Counted from the first letter of the stretch, positions 1-12,453 are shown. The stretch: 32,577 nt of DNA from Octopus sinensis (GCF_006345805.1 NW_021832154.1:1-32577); one strand, 5' to 3'. Made by a program: numbers and translations. Notes: generated by a model from the sequence alone, not told the origin.

Positions 1-1452
1 ATTGAAGAGCTGTATCTTGTCCTACATCTTGATGGCAATTTGGAGTCCTTGGCACCACGCAGTGGCGCCCAGTTCTGGCATTTGTGTAACTCTCGATGCC
101 AAAGTTCAGGACACTTCCCTCCAGGATCTTCCAGATGTATTAGGGCATATCTTCCCGCCTACGCTCCAGGGAATATAATTTTAATCTCTGAGTCTTTCCC
201 AGTAGCTTACATTCTGCATAGAGGCTATCTTCTTCGTGTAGCTTCGTTGGATAGCCTCAAGTTCTGTGATCAACTTGACACTGGATGGTGACCATAGCTG
301 GAGAGCAATAGTTAAAGTGACTTAGGACAAGTGTCTTCCAGAGGACCATCATGGTTTCCTTGTTCTCTTGTTCTAAAGGTTCTAAGAATCCATCCAGCCA
401 GCCGTTTGCATTCATTGTTCAGTTTAGCAACATGTACATGAAAGGTCGCGTCATCAATCATGTGATAACCCAGGTCACGCACTGATTGTGCCTCTGGGAT
501 TGCAATTCCTCCGGGTCCCGTGTATTCATTGGGTATTGCATTTAGTTTTGCATGCTGATAGCATAAAGCTTGAAACTTTTCAGCATTGAACTGCATGCTA
601 TTCTTTTCAGCCCACTTGTATATTTTGTCCAGCTCACATTGCAGGCGTTTAGTGTCTTCAGGGTTCTGTATTGCCTGTGAAACTTTTGTATCATCTGCAT
701 AACTTGTGATCGTGGCTCTCTGCGTGGCTGAGGGTATGTCTGAGAGGGCCATTATGAACAGTAGTGGTCCCAAAACAGTGCCCTGCGGAACACCGCTCAC
801 TATTTGCGTGTTAATGGAAGTGGAAGTTAATGGAAGTCATGAAGCCATTCTCCCAATTTTCCAACTATGCCAAGATCACGCAGTTTGTGACACATCATTC
901 CATGATCGACTTTGTCAAAGGCCTTTGCAAAGTCGAGATATATCACTTCCATATTTTAAGTGGTTGAGAAGTCGTTTCAGCACCCTGTCATAGTTTTGTA
1001 GGAGCTGAGTTAGGCAGCTTCTTCCTGGTCGGAAACCAGTTGGTGTCAGGCAGCAAGTCATTTCTTCAAGGAAGGTGATTAGTTCTTCTGACTATTCGTT
1101 CCATGACCTTGCTGATGTGTGAGGTCAGAGAGATAGGTCTGTAGTTCTTGGCCTTCGTTCCGCTACCTCCTTTATGAATAGGGACAATTTTACTTTCTTT
1201 CAGGTTTCTGGAAGTTTGCCAGTTGCAAGGGAGCTCTGAAAGAGGAACTGCAGTGGTCTTGCTAGGACTCTCTTACATACTGTTAGAAGGATTGCCGGGA
1301 ATCCATCGGTGCCAGTAGCTGAGTTTGTTTTCATTTCATCTATAGCCTTTATTACATCGTCTTCCTTTATATTGATGTAATCAATCATTGCTGCCTCTGA
1401 TTTTATATCTGCAGTGGTAAAGAAGTCAGTTGGATTGCTGATTTGGAAATGC
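1..1452 (-). mobile_element. Decayed, 5'-truncated CR1-group (CR1/L2/Crack-like) LINE ORF2 reverse transcriptase; continues off the window edge
   Basis: Minus-strand translation across frames gives ordered RT motifs: KTNSATGTDG..., PET*KESKIVPIHKGG..KNYRPISLTSHISKVMERI (stop at 1200-1202 replaces W), GFRPGRSCLTQLL, YLDFAKAFDKVDH, SGVPQGTVLGPLLF, YADDTK, VRDLG, then YWERL/LYSLERRRE near the C-terminus. Multiple stops and frameshifts. Confidence 0.93.
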
Positions 1453-1719
1453 CCAATAATTACTATTTTTGCTGTTATTGTTATCATTATTAATATTGTG
1501 TCTTCTCATGAAAGTAATCTTAGATTCCGTTAAATTCTGCTAATGACCAATTCCACCATTGCTTCGTCATTTCTCTTCGTCCCACGCCAATAACAGTTTT
1601 CTGATGCATATAATTCCCTTATATTTTTAATATATTTCTTCCTTTCCTCTCCATCCCCTGATATTGCTTCTTGTTCTTTCTCATGCATTCCATTCTTATC
1701 TCTCTCCTTTCCTCCTCCT

Positions 1720-2001
1720 TCTACATCACGATCATCATTACTATAATCATAATCACTTTTGCTACATACATAACCACCATCACTACCACCACTACCACCA
1801 CCACCATCACCATCATCATCAACATCGTTGTCATCATCATCGTCATCATTTCTTTTTCTTCTTCTTCTTGTGCTTCTACAAATACTTCCTTTTTTCTTCT
1901 CTTCAGATTCATTTTTTATTCTTCGTTTTCTAAGTCGTCGTCGACATCATCATCATCCGCATCCTCATCATTATCATCATCATCACCATGATCTTCCTCA
2001 A

Positions 2002-2039
<38 letters not shown>

Positions 2040-2140
2040 GCTTTTTTCTTCATCTTCCTCTTCTTCATTCTTTTCCTCCTCCCCTGCCACCTCCTCTTCC
2101 TCCCCTTCCCTTCCTCTTCCTTCCCCACTGCCCACAGACT
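1720..2140. repeat. Compound trinucleotide microsatellite (CAT/CAC/CTT/CCT)
   Basis: Direct reading; explains the poly-H/S/T/D ORFs at 1664-2164. Confidence 0.95.
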
Positions 2141-2251
2141 AACCACAAGCAGCTGTGACGACAAACATTCTCAGTAAATGTTGTTCCCATGTCTTATATT
2201 AAGAGGATTAAGTCGATCATCAAATCCGGTTCTGATCCCATCTTTCTGCCG

Positions 2252-2373
2252 TTACACACACACATATTCACACACACACACGTGCACACACACACATATA
2301 TACATATATATAGACATGCACTCATACATACGTGAATACATATATTATTACATATATGCATGCATAAGTGTAT

Positions 2374-2406
<33 letters not shown>

Positions 2407-2587
2407 GTACATATCTATATAATATATATGTATATATATATTTACGTATATATATATGTATATATACATGTGCATATATATATATGTATATATATATATA
2501 TTTATATATATTTATATATGTATATACATTATGTATACGTATATATATGTAGATATACATGTATATATATGTGTATATATATGCATG

Positions 2588-2621
<34 letters not shown>

Positions 2622-2870
2622 CGTATCTATCTATAGATAAACATTACACAGTCATATCCATATAATAAAAAAATTCGATATGTCAATTTATCAGTTTTAT
2701 TCTCTATGATATACGTAAACATCTCTCTCTCTATATATATATATCTGTATGTATGTATGTATATATATATTATATATATTATATATATATATATAGATAA
2801 TATTATATATATATATATCTATGTATATAATATATATATAATATTATTATATATATATATATAATTAATT
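2252..2870. repeat. (CA)n/(TA)n/(TATG)n microsatellite block
   Basis: Direct reading. Confidence 0.95.
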
Positions 2871-2970
2871 AATAAGGGTGAGAGAATTAGATACTAATTT
2901 AATAGTATATCTATTTCAACAACAAGTGGCCTAGTGCTCCGAGAAACCTGGATTATTATAATATTTTTAC

Positions 2971-3190
2971 AAAATAAATATAAGAGAGTGGTCACTATAT
3001 GGCTCACTCTAGCACCAGTTAATCCAAAAGGTTTCAACACACAAAATACATGTTTCCCATGAAAGTCAGTACGATTGTGAGCTAACAATCGTACTGACTT
3101 TCATGGGAAACATGTATTTTTGTGGTTGAACCTTTGGATTAACTGGTGCTAGAGTGAGCCATATAGTGACCACTCTCTTATATTTATTTT
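2971..3190. repeat. Near-perfect palindrome, arms of about 108 bp, 6-nt centre GAGCTA
   Basis: 2971-3078 is the reverse complement of 3085-3190 except for a few small indels around caaaaggtttcaacacac. Confidence 0.92.
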
Positions 3191-3194
3191 ATAT

Positions 3195-3230
<36 letters not shown>

Positions 3231-3740
3231 TATATATATATTATATATATATAGATATATATAATATATATATATATATATATAGATATATATATATATT
3301 ATATACATATATATACATATACATATATATGTATATTGTATGTATATATGTAATATATTGTTTTTATATTGTTACTGTATGTGTTATACGTATATGTGAA
3401 TCTATATATATATATGTATGTACGTACAAACACACGCACTCACACCTCCCGCACGCACACACACACACACATACGCATATATAACTATACATATATACGG
3501 ATAAACAACAGATAAACATATACCTACGCATACACGCGTATAGATATATATGCATCTGCATGAGCGTTTGTGCAGACGGTACACGACATAATTTCTGCGT
3601 AAGCATGAATTTAATATCCCCAAGGGAAAGTAGCCAACAGCCGACCGAGTATGTATCAATCATCTCAAACACACTGTAATATAAAAGACTTGATTTGTCC
3701 CTCGACGTACTTTCACACCGAATACATGCATAGTACAAGT

Positions 3741-3859
3741 CTTTGTCTTTCATCCTTTCGGGGTCGATAAATTAAGTACCAGTTGCATACTGGGGTCGAT
3801 CTAATCGACTGGCCCCCTCCCCCAAAACTTTGGGTCTTGTGCCTAATGCAGAAAAGAAT
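3741..3859 (+). mobile_element. 3' fragment of SINE family A (tcatcctttcggggtcgataaattaagtaccag core)
   Basis: Same core recurs at 4730, 5130, 5770, 14450 and on the minus strand elsewhere in the window. Confidence 0.8.
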
Positions 3860-3897
3860 ACGTGCATTGGTATATAGGAGCATGCATCTATCTCACC

Positions 3898-4258
3898 TTT
3901 ACTCTTCTACTTGCTTCAGTGATTGGACTGCAGCCATGCTGGGTTGCCGCCTTGAAGGGGTCAATCGAACAAATGGACCCCAGGACTTACTTTTGTCAAG
4001 CTTGGTACTAATTCAGTCAATTTCTTTTCCCTAAACTTTACGGGGATGTAACCAAACCAATCTCGTTATCATCAGGTGGTGGGCGACAAATACACACACA
4101 CACACACACACACACACATGCTTATTTCATTTTTCGTCTATCAAACCCACTCAAAAGGCTTTGGTCGACACGAGGCTAGACATTTGGTGCCACGCAGTGG
4201 AACTGATCCTGGAATCATGTGTTTTGTATCGAAACTTCTTACTACATATCCATTCTCG
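3898..4258 (-). mobile_element. Diverged SINE family B copy with internal (CA)n
   Basis: Colinear similarity to the cleaner copy at 16892-17302 (cttcagt..gactgcagccatgctgg, accccaggactta, ggctttggtcga, gtgccacgcagtggaactga). Confidence 0.8.
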
Positions 4259-4284
4259 GTTGCTGATATATATATATATAAATC

Positions 4285-4442
4285 AAATATAAAATATAAA
4301 ATATAAATTACAAAGTGGGACAAGAACGCAAAAACACACAAAGAGACGACACAAAAAAACAGACGGGTCACTCGAAGCCTCTAACCTTCAGTCGGAACCG
4401 GACTTGTCCCACTTTGTAATTTATATTTTATATTTTATATTT
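4285..4442. repeat. 40-bp perfect inverted repeat with 78-bp spacer
   Basis: aaatataaaatataaaatataaattacaaagtgggacaag at 4285-4324; exact reverse complement at 4403-4442. Confidence 0.9.
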
Positions 4443-4603
4443 TACTTCTATATATATATTAAGGCGGCGTAACGTACCCTTATCTCCTATGTATACATTT
4501 TATATATATATATATTATATATTGATTTCTGCTGTTATTCTTATTTTCATTGTTATTATTGAAGTCGGTGAAAATTTTACCTTTATTATTATTATTATCG
4601 TTT

Positions 4604-5012
4604 AGGCGACGAGCTAGCAGAAATGTTAGCACGCCGGGCGAAATGCTTAGCAGTATTTCGTCTCTCTTTACAATTTGGTCTGACGTTACGTTCTGAGTTC
4701 AAATTCCGCCAAGGTCGACTTTGCTTTTCATCCTTTCGGGGTCGATAAATTAAGTACCAGTTACGCACTGGGGTCCATATAATCGACTTAATCCGTCTGT
4801 CTGTCCGTGTTTGTCTCCTCTGTGTTTACCCCTTGTGGGTAGTAAAGAAATAGGTATTTCGTATGTCTTTACGTTCTGAGTTCAAATTTCGCCGAGGTCG
4901 ACTTAGCTTTTCATTTTTCGGGGTCGATAAATTAAATACCAGTTGAGTACTGAGGTCGATTAATTGACTATCCCTTTCCCCTCAATTTCAGCCCTTGTGG
5001 TAATAGTAGAAA
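4604..5012 (+). mobile_element. SINE family A, dimeric full-length copy (tRNA-derived head)
   Basis: Head aggcgacgagctagcagaaatgttagcacg, pol III B-box-like gagttcaaattcc twice, duplicated core; flanked by the 20-bp direct repeat ttattattattattatcgtt (4583-4602, 5019-5038). Confidence 0.85.
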
Positions 5013-5039
5013 GGATTATTATTATTATTATTATCGTTA

Positions 5040-5205
5040 AGGTGGTGTGCACGCCGGGTGAAATGCTAAGCCGTATTTTGTCTGTCACTACGTTCTGAGT
5101 TTAAATTTCACCGAGGTCGACTTTTCCTTTCATCCTTTCGGGGTCGATAATTAAAAATAACTGGGGTCGATGTAATCGACTAGTTTCCTCTCCCTAAATT
5201 TCAGA
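5040..5205 (+). mobile_element. SINE family A, degenerate monomer
   Basis: cacgccgggtgaaatgc..gttctgagtttaaattt..gaggtcgac..catcctttcggggtcgataa..ctggggtcgatgtaatcgac. Confidence 0.8.
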
Positions 5206-5212
5206 AAGATTA

Positions 5213-5371
5213 CAGGAGTGGCTGTGTGGTAAGTAGCTTGCTTAACAACAACATGGTTCCGGGTTCAGTCCCACTGCGTGACACCTTAGGCAAGTGTCTT
5301 CTACTATAGCCTCGGGTTGACCAAAGCCTTGTGAGTGGATTTGGTAGACAAAAACTGAAAGAAGCCCGTCG

Positions 5372-5420
<49 letters not shown>

Positions 5421-5652
5421 TATGTATGTGTGTGTATGTTTGTGTGTCTGTGTTTGTTCCCCCCCAACATCACTTGACAACCGATGTTGGTGTGTTTACG
5501 TCCCCGTAACTTAGTGGTTCGGCATAAGAAACCGATAGAATAAGTACTAGGGTTCCAAAGAATAAGTCCTGGAGTCGATTTGCTCGACTAAAGGCGGTGC
5601 TTCAAGATGGCCGCCGTCACATGACTGAAACAAGTAAAAGACTAAAAGAGTA
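5213..5652 (+). mobile_element. SINE family B, full length with internal (TA)n(TG)n
   Basis: tRNA-like head caggagtggctgtgtggtaagtagc..ggttcagtccc, CORE-like ccttaggcaagtgtctt, 3' tail gactgaaacaagtaaaagactaaaagagta; matches 16892-17302 and 31141-31620. Confidence 0.88.
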
Positions 5653-5670
5653 TCATCGTTCTTGCATTTA

Positions 5671-5875
5671 AGATGGCGAGCTGGCAGAATCGTTAGCAAA
5701 AATGCTTTGCGGTATTTCGTTCGTTTTTACTTTCTACGTTCAAATTCCGCCGGGGGTCGACTTTACCTTACATCCTTTCGGGGGTCGATCAAATAAGTAC
5801 CAGTTACGTACTGGGTTCAATCTTATTGACTCACCCACTTTCTCGAAATTTCCGGCATAGTGCCAAAATTTGACA
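5671..5875 (+). mobile_element. SINE family A monomer
   Basis: atggcgagctggcagaatcgttagc head, gttcaaattccgcc B-box-like motif, family core. Confidence 0.82.
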
Positions 5876-7063
5876 CCATTCTTATTTATTGCTGTTGCAA
5901 TTATTTTTGTTTTTTTCATCGTTGCTGCTCTTCTAGCTGTTATTGATATTCTTGCAAAATTGTTGCCTTGTTGTTGTTGTTGTCGTTGTATTGTTGTTGT
6001 TGTTTGTATCGATGTGTGTTAGTAAACTTCAGTATCAACGTTGATATTTTTCTGCCTCGTCAGCGTGTAAGATGAGTTGGCTATGGGTAGATGTCTGGAC
6101 CTCTTCCAACACATCTCCCATTTCACTCAGCTTAGATTTCACTAAAGCAATCGAACCCCGTTCTACCGTCATTCTGTGTAAATAAACCCATACCGTATTT
6201 GTCCACACACACACACACATACATGTATGTATGTGTGTGCATATATATATATTATATATAGACTCGAGTATACATATATATGTACTTGTATGTGTGTGTG
6301 TAGACAAATACGGTATCGGTTTGTTAGCACACACACACACACACACACCACACTATATATATATATATATATGTATATGTGTGTGTGTATGTCTGTATAT
6401 TTAAACCTTCATACAGTCATACGGCACGCTCGCCAACGAACATGCGATTACATATACATACATACATTCATACATACTTATGTACATACATGCAAACATA
6501 TAGATTGCATATATAAATGTATTTAAACACACACACACACATACACACACATTCGCATACATATGCATGTGTGTATATATACACAGAAAATCGATGTGTG
6601 TATGCGTCTAGGTGCAAGTGACTATAGTTATATTTCTGTATGTATATCGAAGTAAATTCCTAAAATACTATTTTCTTCCGAATTGTAATTAACAATTCTT
6701 CAAAAAGAAAAAAAAAAATTGAAGTTTAATACCAGCAATTCGACTAACAAAGATCAATGAATTTCTAACTAATCTTAATATTGATGTTCGATTTAAAATT
6801 ACAAATCGAAATACTTGAAATCGCGATTAGAAATCTAAATACCTGGAGCAATCTAACACTCCACGTAAACGCTTTACTACAGCATGGTCGAGTCCCACTT
6901 CGTCTCAGTTTCATTTCTCCTCCTCACCCCAGCTTCATTATTCCTTTAGTCCCTAATTTTCACCCTCGCTCTATTTAACATTTTTACCCTATACAAATAC
7001 CCTAAACAGTTCAAAATGCTCAGCCCTCCTCTGTATTCATAAAAGAGTTCATTTACTATTTAG

Positions 7064-7159
7064 TGCTTCTTCATCTGTCAGTGTATTGTGTCGATATTTT
7101 GCCAGATTGCACTCCATTAGTTGCATTAAAAAACATCAATGAAATTCCCCCGTATCTAC
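7064..7159 (+). CDS. Candidate isolated 96-bp symmetric (phase 1-1) exon of an unidentified host gene
   Basis: Acceptor atttactatttag|, donor |gtaagt, length divisible by 3, open frame xLLHLSVYCVDILPDCTPLVALKNINEIPPYL. I do not recognise the protein. Confidence 0.3.
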
Positions 7160-7954
7160 GTAAGTACACAGCCTAATGCCAACAAATATCTATTATAATT
7201 AGAAAACCCAATTACTCACAGAGGAACACAAATACATACAGACAAATGTATGTATGTGCGTGTATAGGTTATGTATGCGTATCTGTAAGTATGTATACTT
7301 ACGTGTATGTATGTTTATGTGTCGTAATTTTGAAGCGAGTCAGCCATTACCACATCGTTATTATAACGCACAATTGAGTAGAAATACATCTTAGACAAAT
7401 GAAATTATCATTACTGGCATTATTAGTTTTTTTTGTAATATAAATATATATGTATATGTATTATATGTTATTTATTGACAACAGCAATGGCTTTATTGAA
7501 TAAACGAATCATTTAATTACACGTTCGTTCTCTATTATAATCAAGCCATTTGATATACATACATACATACATACATACACACACACTCACATATATGTAC
7601 GTATAAACAGAATTGATGTTTTAATTGTGAATTATATTGTTTTCCGTTTTGACATTTTTGTTCCCTCTCTCTGTCTCTGTCTGTTTGTCTCTCTCTGCAT
7701 CTTCCTTGCTCTCTCCATCTCCCTCGCTCTCTTTTCATATGGAATTGATTCAATAAAAGCTAAGTGAAGCTCTATATTTATTCGTGTCATCTATCGATAT
7801 GGCAACCATCATAGAATTCAGTCTGTAATTAAGTAAGGTCTTAATTCTTTCTGCCAGAGAAAAGTGAATGTTTCCAAAGATAAGCCACATGAAAAAGAAT
7901 AAAAATATTTGTCTCAAACATAATGAAATATTAGTTTGGAGGCGGAGGGCGGAT

Positions 7955-8218
7955 GGGGTTAAGTCGATTACATCGACACCAGTGTTCAACTGTACTTATG
8001 TTATCGACCCCGAAAGGACGAAAGGTAAAGTCGACCTCGGTGGAATTAACTCACTGAAATATTGATTTCAAACTTTGGCACAAGAATTTTGGGGCTCCCT
8101 CGAAAGGAAGAAAGGCAAAGCCAACCTCAGGGGAAATTGAACTCTGATTGTATAAACGAACTAAATGCCGCTAAGCTTTTTGTCGGGCGTGCTGACGATT
8201 CTGTCAGCTCGCTACTTG
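7955..8218 (-). mobile_element. SINE family A, diverged dimer
   Basis: Reverse complement of the family core (ttatcgaccccgaaagga..aaagtcgacctcgg) and head (gctgacgattctgtcagctcgc). Confidence 0.8.
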
Positions 8219-8252
8219 AATAATAATAATGATAATAATAATAATAATAATG

Positions 8253-8303
<51 letters not shown>

Positions 8304-8318
8304 TAATAATAATAACAA

Positions 8319-8872
8319 CGTGATCTAATGCAGTACCAGGCAGTGGCTCTCATTGGCTTCTGCTTTTAACTGATTGGAATTGTTATCACGTATATTGTTT
8401 TGTCTTGGTATAAAAGATGGGCTACAGCAAATATTCTGCTTAATACCACAGGTTTACTTGTCAGTTGCTTGACAATAACCAGTTGAGCATGTCCCTTAGT
8501 GGCTGACAATATGTACATCTCTGATCACGGGGAGAAGTAGTGGGGTAGCACCATAACCATGTGTTGAGAGGAATTCTTTGGAATTTGAATAATTCACCTA
8601 TGGAAACATGGGTTGTTCGTTTAATATCCTTAAACAACACTTATTCAGGGACCTTTTGAGTGGGATGGTCTACTCGATATGAAGAAAAAATTCTAACTGG
8701 GCACCAGCTGCAAGGTCATGTGCTCTTGATATGAAATCACTATGTCGCGCACATATGACTGTGATGCCTGTGCCTGGTGTACCCTTATCAAACGGGTAGT
8801 CATGATGGGTATACTGGACTTCGTATATTTTACCCCAGTATTATTTCGATGGCATGCCCTACTCTCTCACTC

Positions 8873-8878
<6 letters not shown>
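8319..8878 (+). mobile_element. Probable 3' UTR-type fragment of an (AAT)n-tailed retroelement
   Basis: Non-coding complex block bounded on both sides by (AAT)n, ending ctctctcactcaat-(aat)n; same architecture as the adjacent LINE. Family identity is inference. Confidence 0.5.
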
Positions 8879-8944
<66 letters not shown>

Positions 8945-8948
<4 letters not shown>

Positions 8949-10330
8949 TATCGTTAACTGGTCAATAAAATATCGTTAACTGGTCAATTACTGAAATATG
9001 TAATCTTGACAGAAAAATACGAAAACTGTTGACAATGCATAGAATGCACCACCCTAAGGCAGATACAGAACGACTTTATCTGCCAAGAAAAGAGGGAGGC
9101 CGTGGACTTTTACAACTGGCAATAACAATGAAGATTGCTACAATTGGCCTAGACACCTACCTGAAAAACTCTGAGGACTGGATGTTAAAACTTGTCTCAA
9201 AACATGAAAACAAGAAAGCATCATACTCAGTAACAAAACAGGCAAAGGAATATCTAAGTTAATTCCGAATACAACAAATTTCGGAATTAGAGATAGACAT
9301 ACAAGAAACAGGCACAGAAAAAGCTAAGCGCATGAAAACCCGTGCTAAATCTGCGGCCTTAGATATTCTGAATGATAAATGGCAAGAAAAACCTCTCTAT
9401 GGCAAATACCCAAAGAGAGCAAATAATGCAGATGTTGACAAAGCCCTGACCCATCAATGGCTAATGGCATCTGGTTTAAAATCTGAAACAGAGGGGTTTA
9501 TCATAGCAGCTCAAGATCAATGCCTACCAACAAGAAACTACCAGGCCAACATATTAAAGATCAGAAGCAGTCCAACGTGTCGTGTATGCCAGCAACAAAT
9601 GAAACCATTGATCATGTGGTCTCCAAGTGCAGTCTTCTAGCGCCTACGGAGTATCTCAACAGGCACGATAGAGCTGCACAATATATTCACTGGGTAATCT
9701 GCAAAAACCTGGATTTACCCCATGAAAAAAACTGGTGGGAACACAAACCACCTCAGGTCTTGAAAATGACCACATCTCACTCCTCTGGAACTTCACCATT
9801 CAAACTGACAGAAAGATAGATGCAAATAGGCCAGGCATCATATTGAAAGACTTCAAACAAAGAACATGCCTCCTCATTGATATCACTGTCCCAATCGATA
9901 TAAACGTATCTGTCATGACCTACCAAAAACTGAGCAAATATAAAGATCTTGAAATAGAAATCAGCAAAATGTGGAACCTGAAGACTAAAACAATACCTGT
10001 TGTCATAGGTGCCTTGGGAATGATAGCAAAAGGGGCTGATTGCTACCTAACTCAGATACCAGGAAACACAAAAATGGCAGAGATTCAAAAGATAGTGCTC
10101 ATGGGAACTGCTCATATCCTACGCAAAATACTTTCTATGTAATCTCAAGGTTTAAAACAAACAATTTTCGGTTAAAAAATTTTTTTTTTTTTAGGGATTC
10201 ATTAGTACAACCCCCCACCCAATATATGGCACACTAGGCATAACAACAACATGAACTTCCACCTGTTGTCTCTTGTGGTCTCTGGGTGAGACTTGGAGCC
10301 AACTTGTACAAATAAAGCAAAGTCAAACAA

Positions 10331-10331
<1 letters not shown>
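8945..10331 (+). mobile_element. 5'-truncated R4/Dong-like non-LTR retrotransposon (RT C-terminus, CCHC finger, restriction-like endonuclease, 3' UTR, (AAT)n tail); inactivated
   Basis: HHPKADTERLYLPRKEGGRGL, AAQDQCLPTRNY, CRVC..ETIDHVVSKC, RHD, RP(G)II..LIDITVP..KLSKYKDL, PVVIGALG, LMGTAHILRKILSM* (ends 10142). In-frame stop at 9260-9262, frameshifts near 9598 and 9758, PD to PG change in the nuclease motif. Flanked by (TAA)n on both sides. Confidence 0.92.
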
Positions 10332-10397
<66 letters not shown>

Positions 10398-10639
10398 GAA
10401 ATAAAGAACTGAATAGATAAGAAAACAGTATCTCCGCATCCAAGTGGTGGAGTTGTGACAAAGCGATTAATTATGACTATAAGCTAAGAAGTAGCCTAAG
10501 TGGAAGCAGCGCTTATTTTCATTTGCAATGCAAGGATCAATCGGATGTTATAGTGGGAAAAAAAGGTGTTTGAAGGGCTACGCAGTAGGACTGAACACGG
10601 GATCACCAAACAGACGAAATCACACACGATACACCGGCC

Positions 10640-11600
<961 letters not shown>

Positions 11601-12370
11601 TTACTACCCCTCACGACCCCCACGACCCCCCCACTAACCACCGATCCTACTCGCTCAGATTACAATCATCGTTGGAGGTAAAACGAGACTGACTATTCGG
11701 CAACATATCACCTTACATTAACATCCAATCAAATGTTAGTCAATACCAATGATCAGGTTCCCACCCGGGGTGACAATACCCAAACAATTTCCTTACAATA
11801 CAAGACAACAATAAAAACACAAACACAAACACAAAATATAAAATCACAGTCTCAGGCCAAAGGCTCGGGTACGGTCGGGTACGGTCGGGTGACAAAGATT
11901 TTCTGTTCGTAAACTTGCGAGTCTCATTCGCGGTTCGTTACCTCTGTGCAACTCTTTGCTCAGGCGTTTTCTTTTTCTTTTTCTTTTTTGTTTTAATTTA
12001 GCTATCGATTGACCAATGTGCTTGAGAGTAAAATTGTGGAGGCAGAAACTTACTGAAGCCCGACCCGAACAAAACTTTACTGTGACCTTAATTCGAGCCC
12101 TCAGTTCATTGGTGGAGCAGTAGGAGAGCCGTTGTGACTTATGGTGTGTTTTGATCACTGTTAGTCCTTGCAGAGCCCATCCTTCATCGGATGTGACCCC
12201 AGCTGGTTTTTTCATGAAAGAAAGAAAAATAAAAAATGTTAGGAAGAAAGAGGAATATAAACTGATCAACCTACCTAAGTTTAAAGCAGGTACTGTTTTC
12301 TGCTTTATTTTTATTTCAGTTAGAGAGGATAAAAGTTGAGCTCAACTGCTAATTCATTTCAGTACACTGG

Positions 12371-12453
12371 TTTTCCTGATGAGAAGGCGGCATAATGCAC
12401 CCCTTATTCCTTCGAAATTAGGAATATGCAGCCTTCGAAACACATGTCGAGAA
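12371..12453 (+). ncRNA. Type I hammerhead ribozyme motif (probable Penelope-like/retrozyme terminal repeat)
   Basis: ttttc-CTGATGA-gaaggc(g)gcata...tatgc(a)gccttc-GAAA-c acat g-TC-gagaa: complete core, G10.1-C11.1 pair, GUC triplet, 5-bp stem I, AATAAA immediately downstream. Confidence 0.75.

Noticed and set aside
40-993. Plus-strand ORFs 40-291 and 706-993
   Set aside because: Antisense shadows of the LINE RT relic.
1664-2665. Poly-His/Ser/Asp and Tyr-Ile ORFs
   Set aside because: Microsatellite artefacts; the same applies to ORFs at 10496-11681, 12501-13727, 17065-19933, 21834-22541 and 31218-32325.
4362-4400. CTGAAGG...GAGT...GTC on the minus strand
   Set aside because: Both core segments deviate from consensus and the stems are poor.
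11844-12339. 141-aa minus ORF with a gtaagt donor, and a plus-strand stretch (RKKEEYKLINL) faintly like a GIY-YIG C-terminus upstream of the hammerhead
   Set aside because: No diagnostic motif (no YIG, no RT); similarity is too weak to call either an exon or a Penelope ORF.
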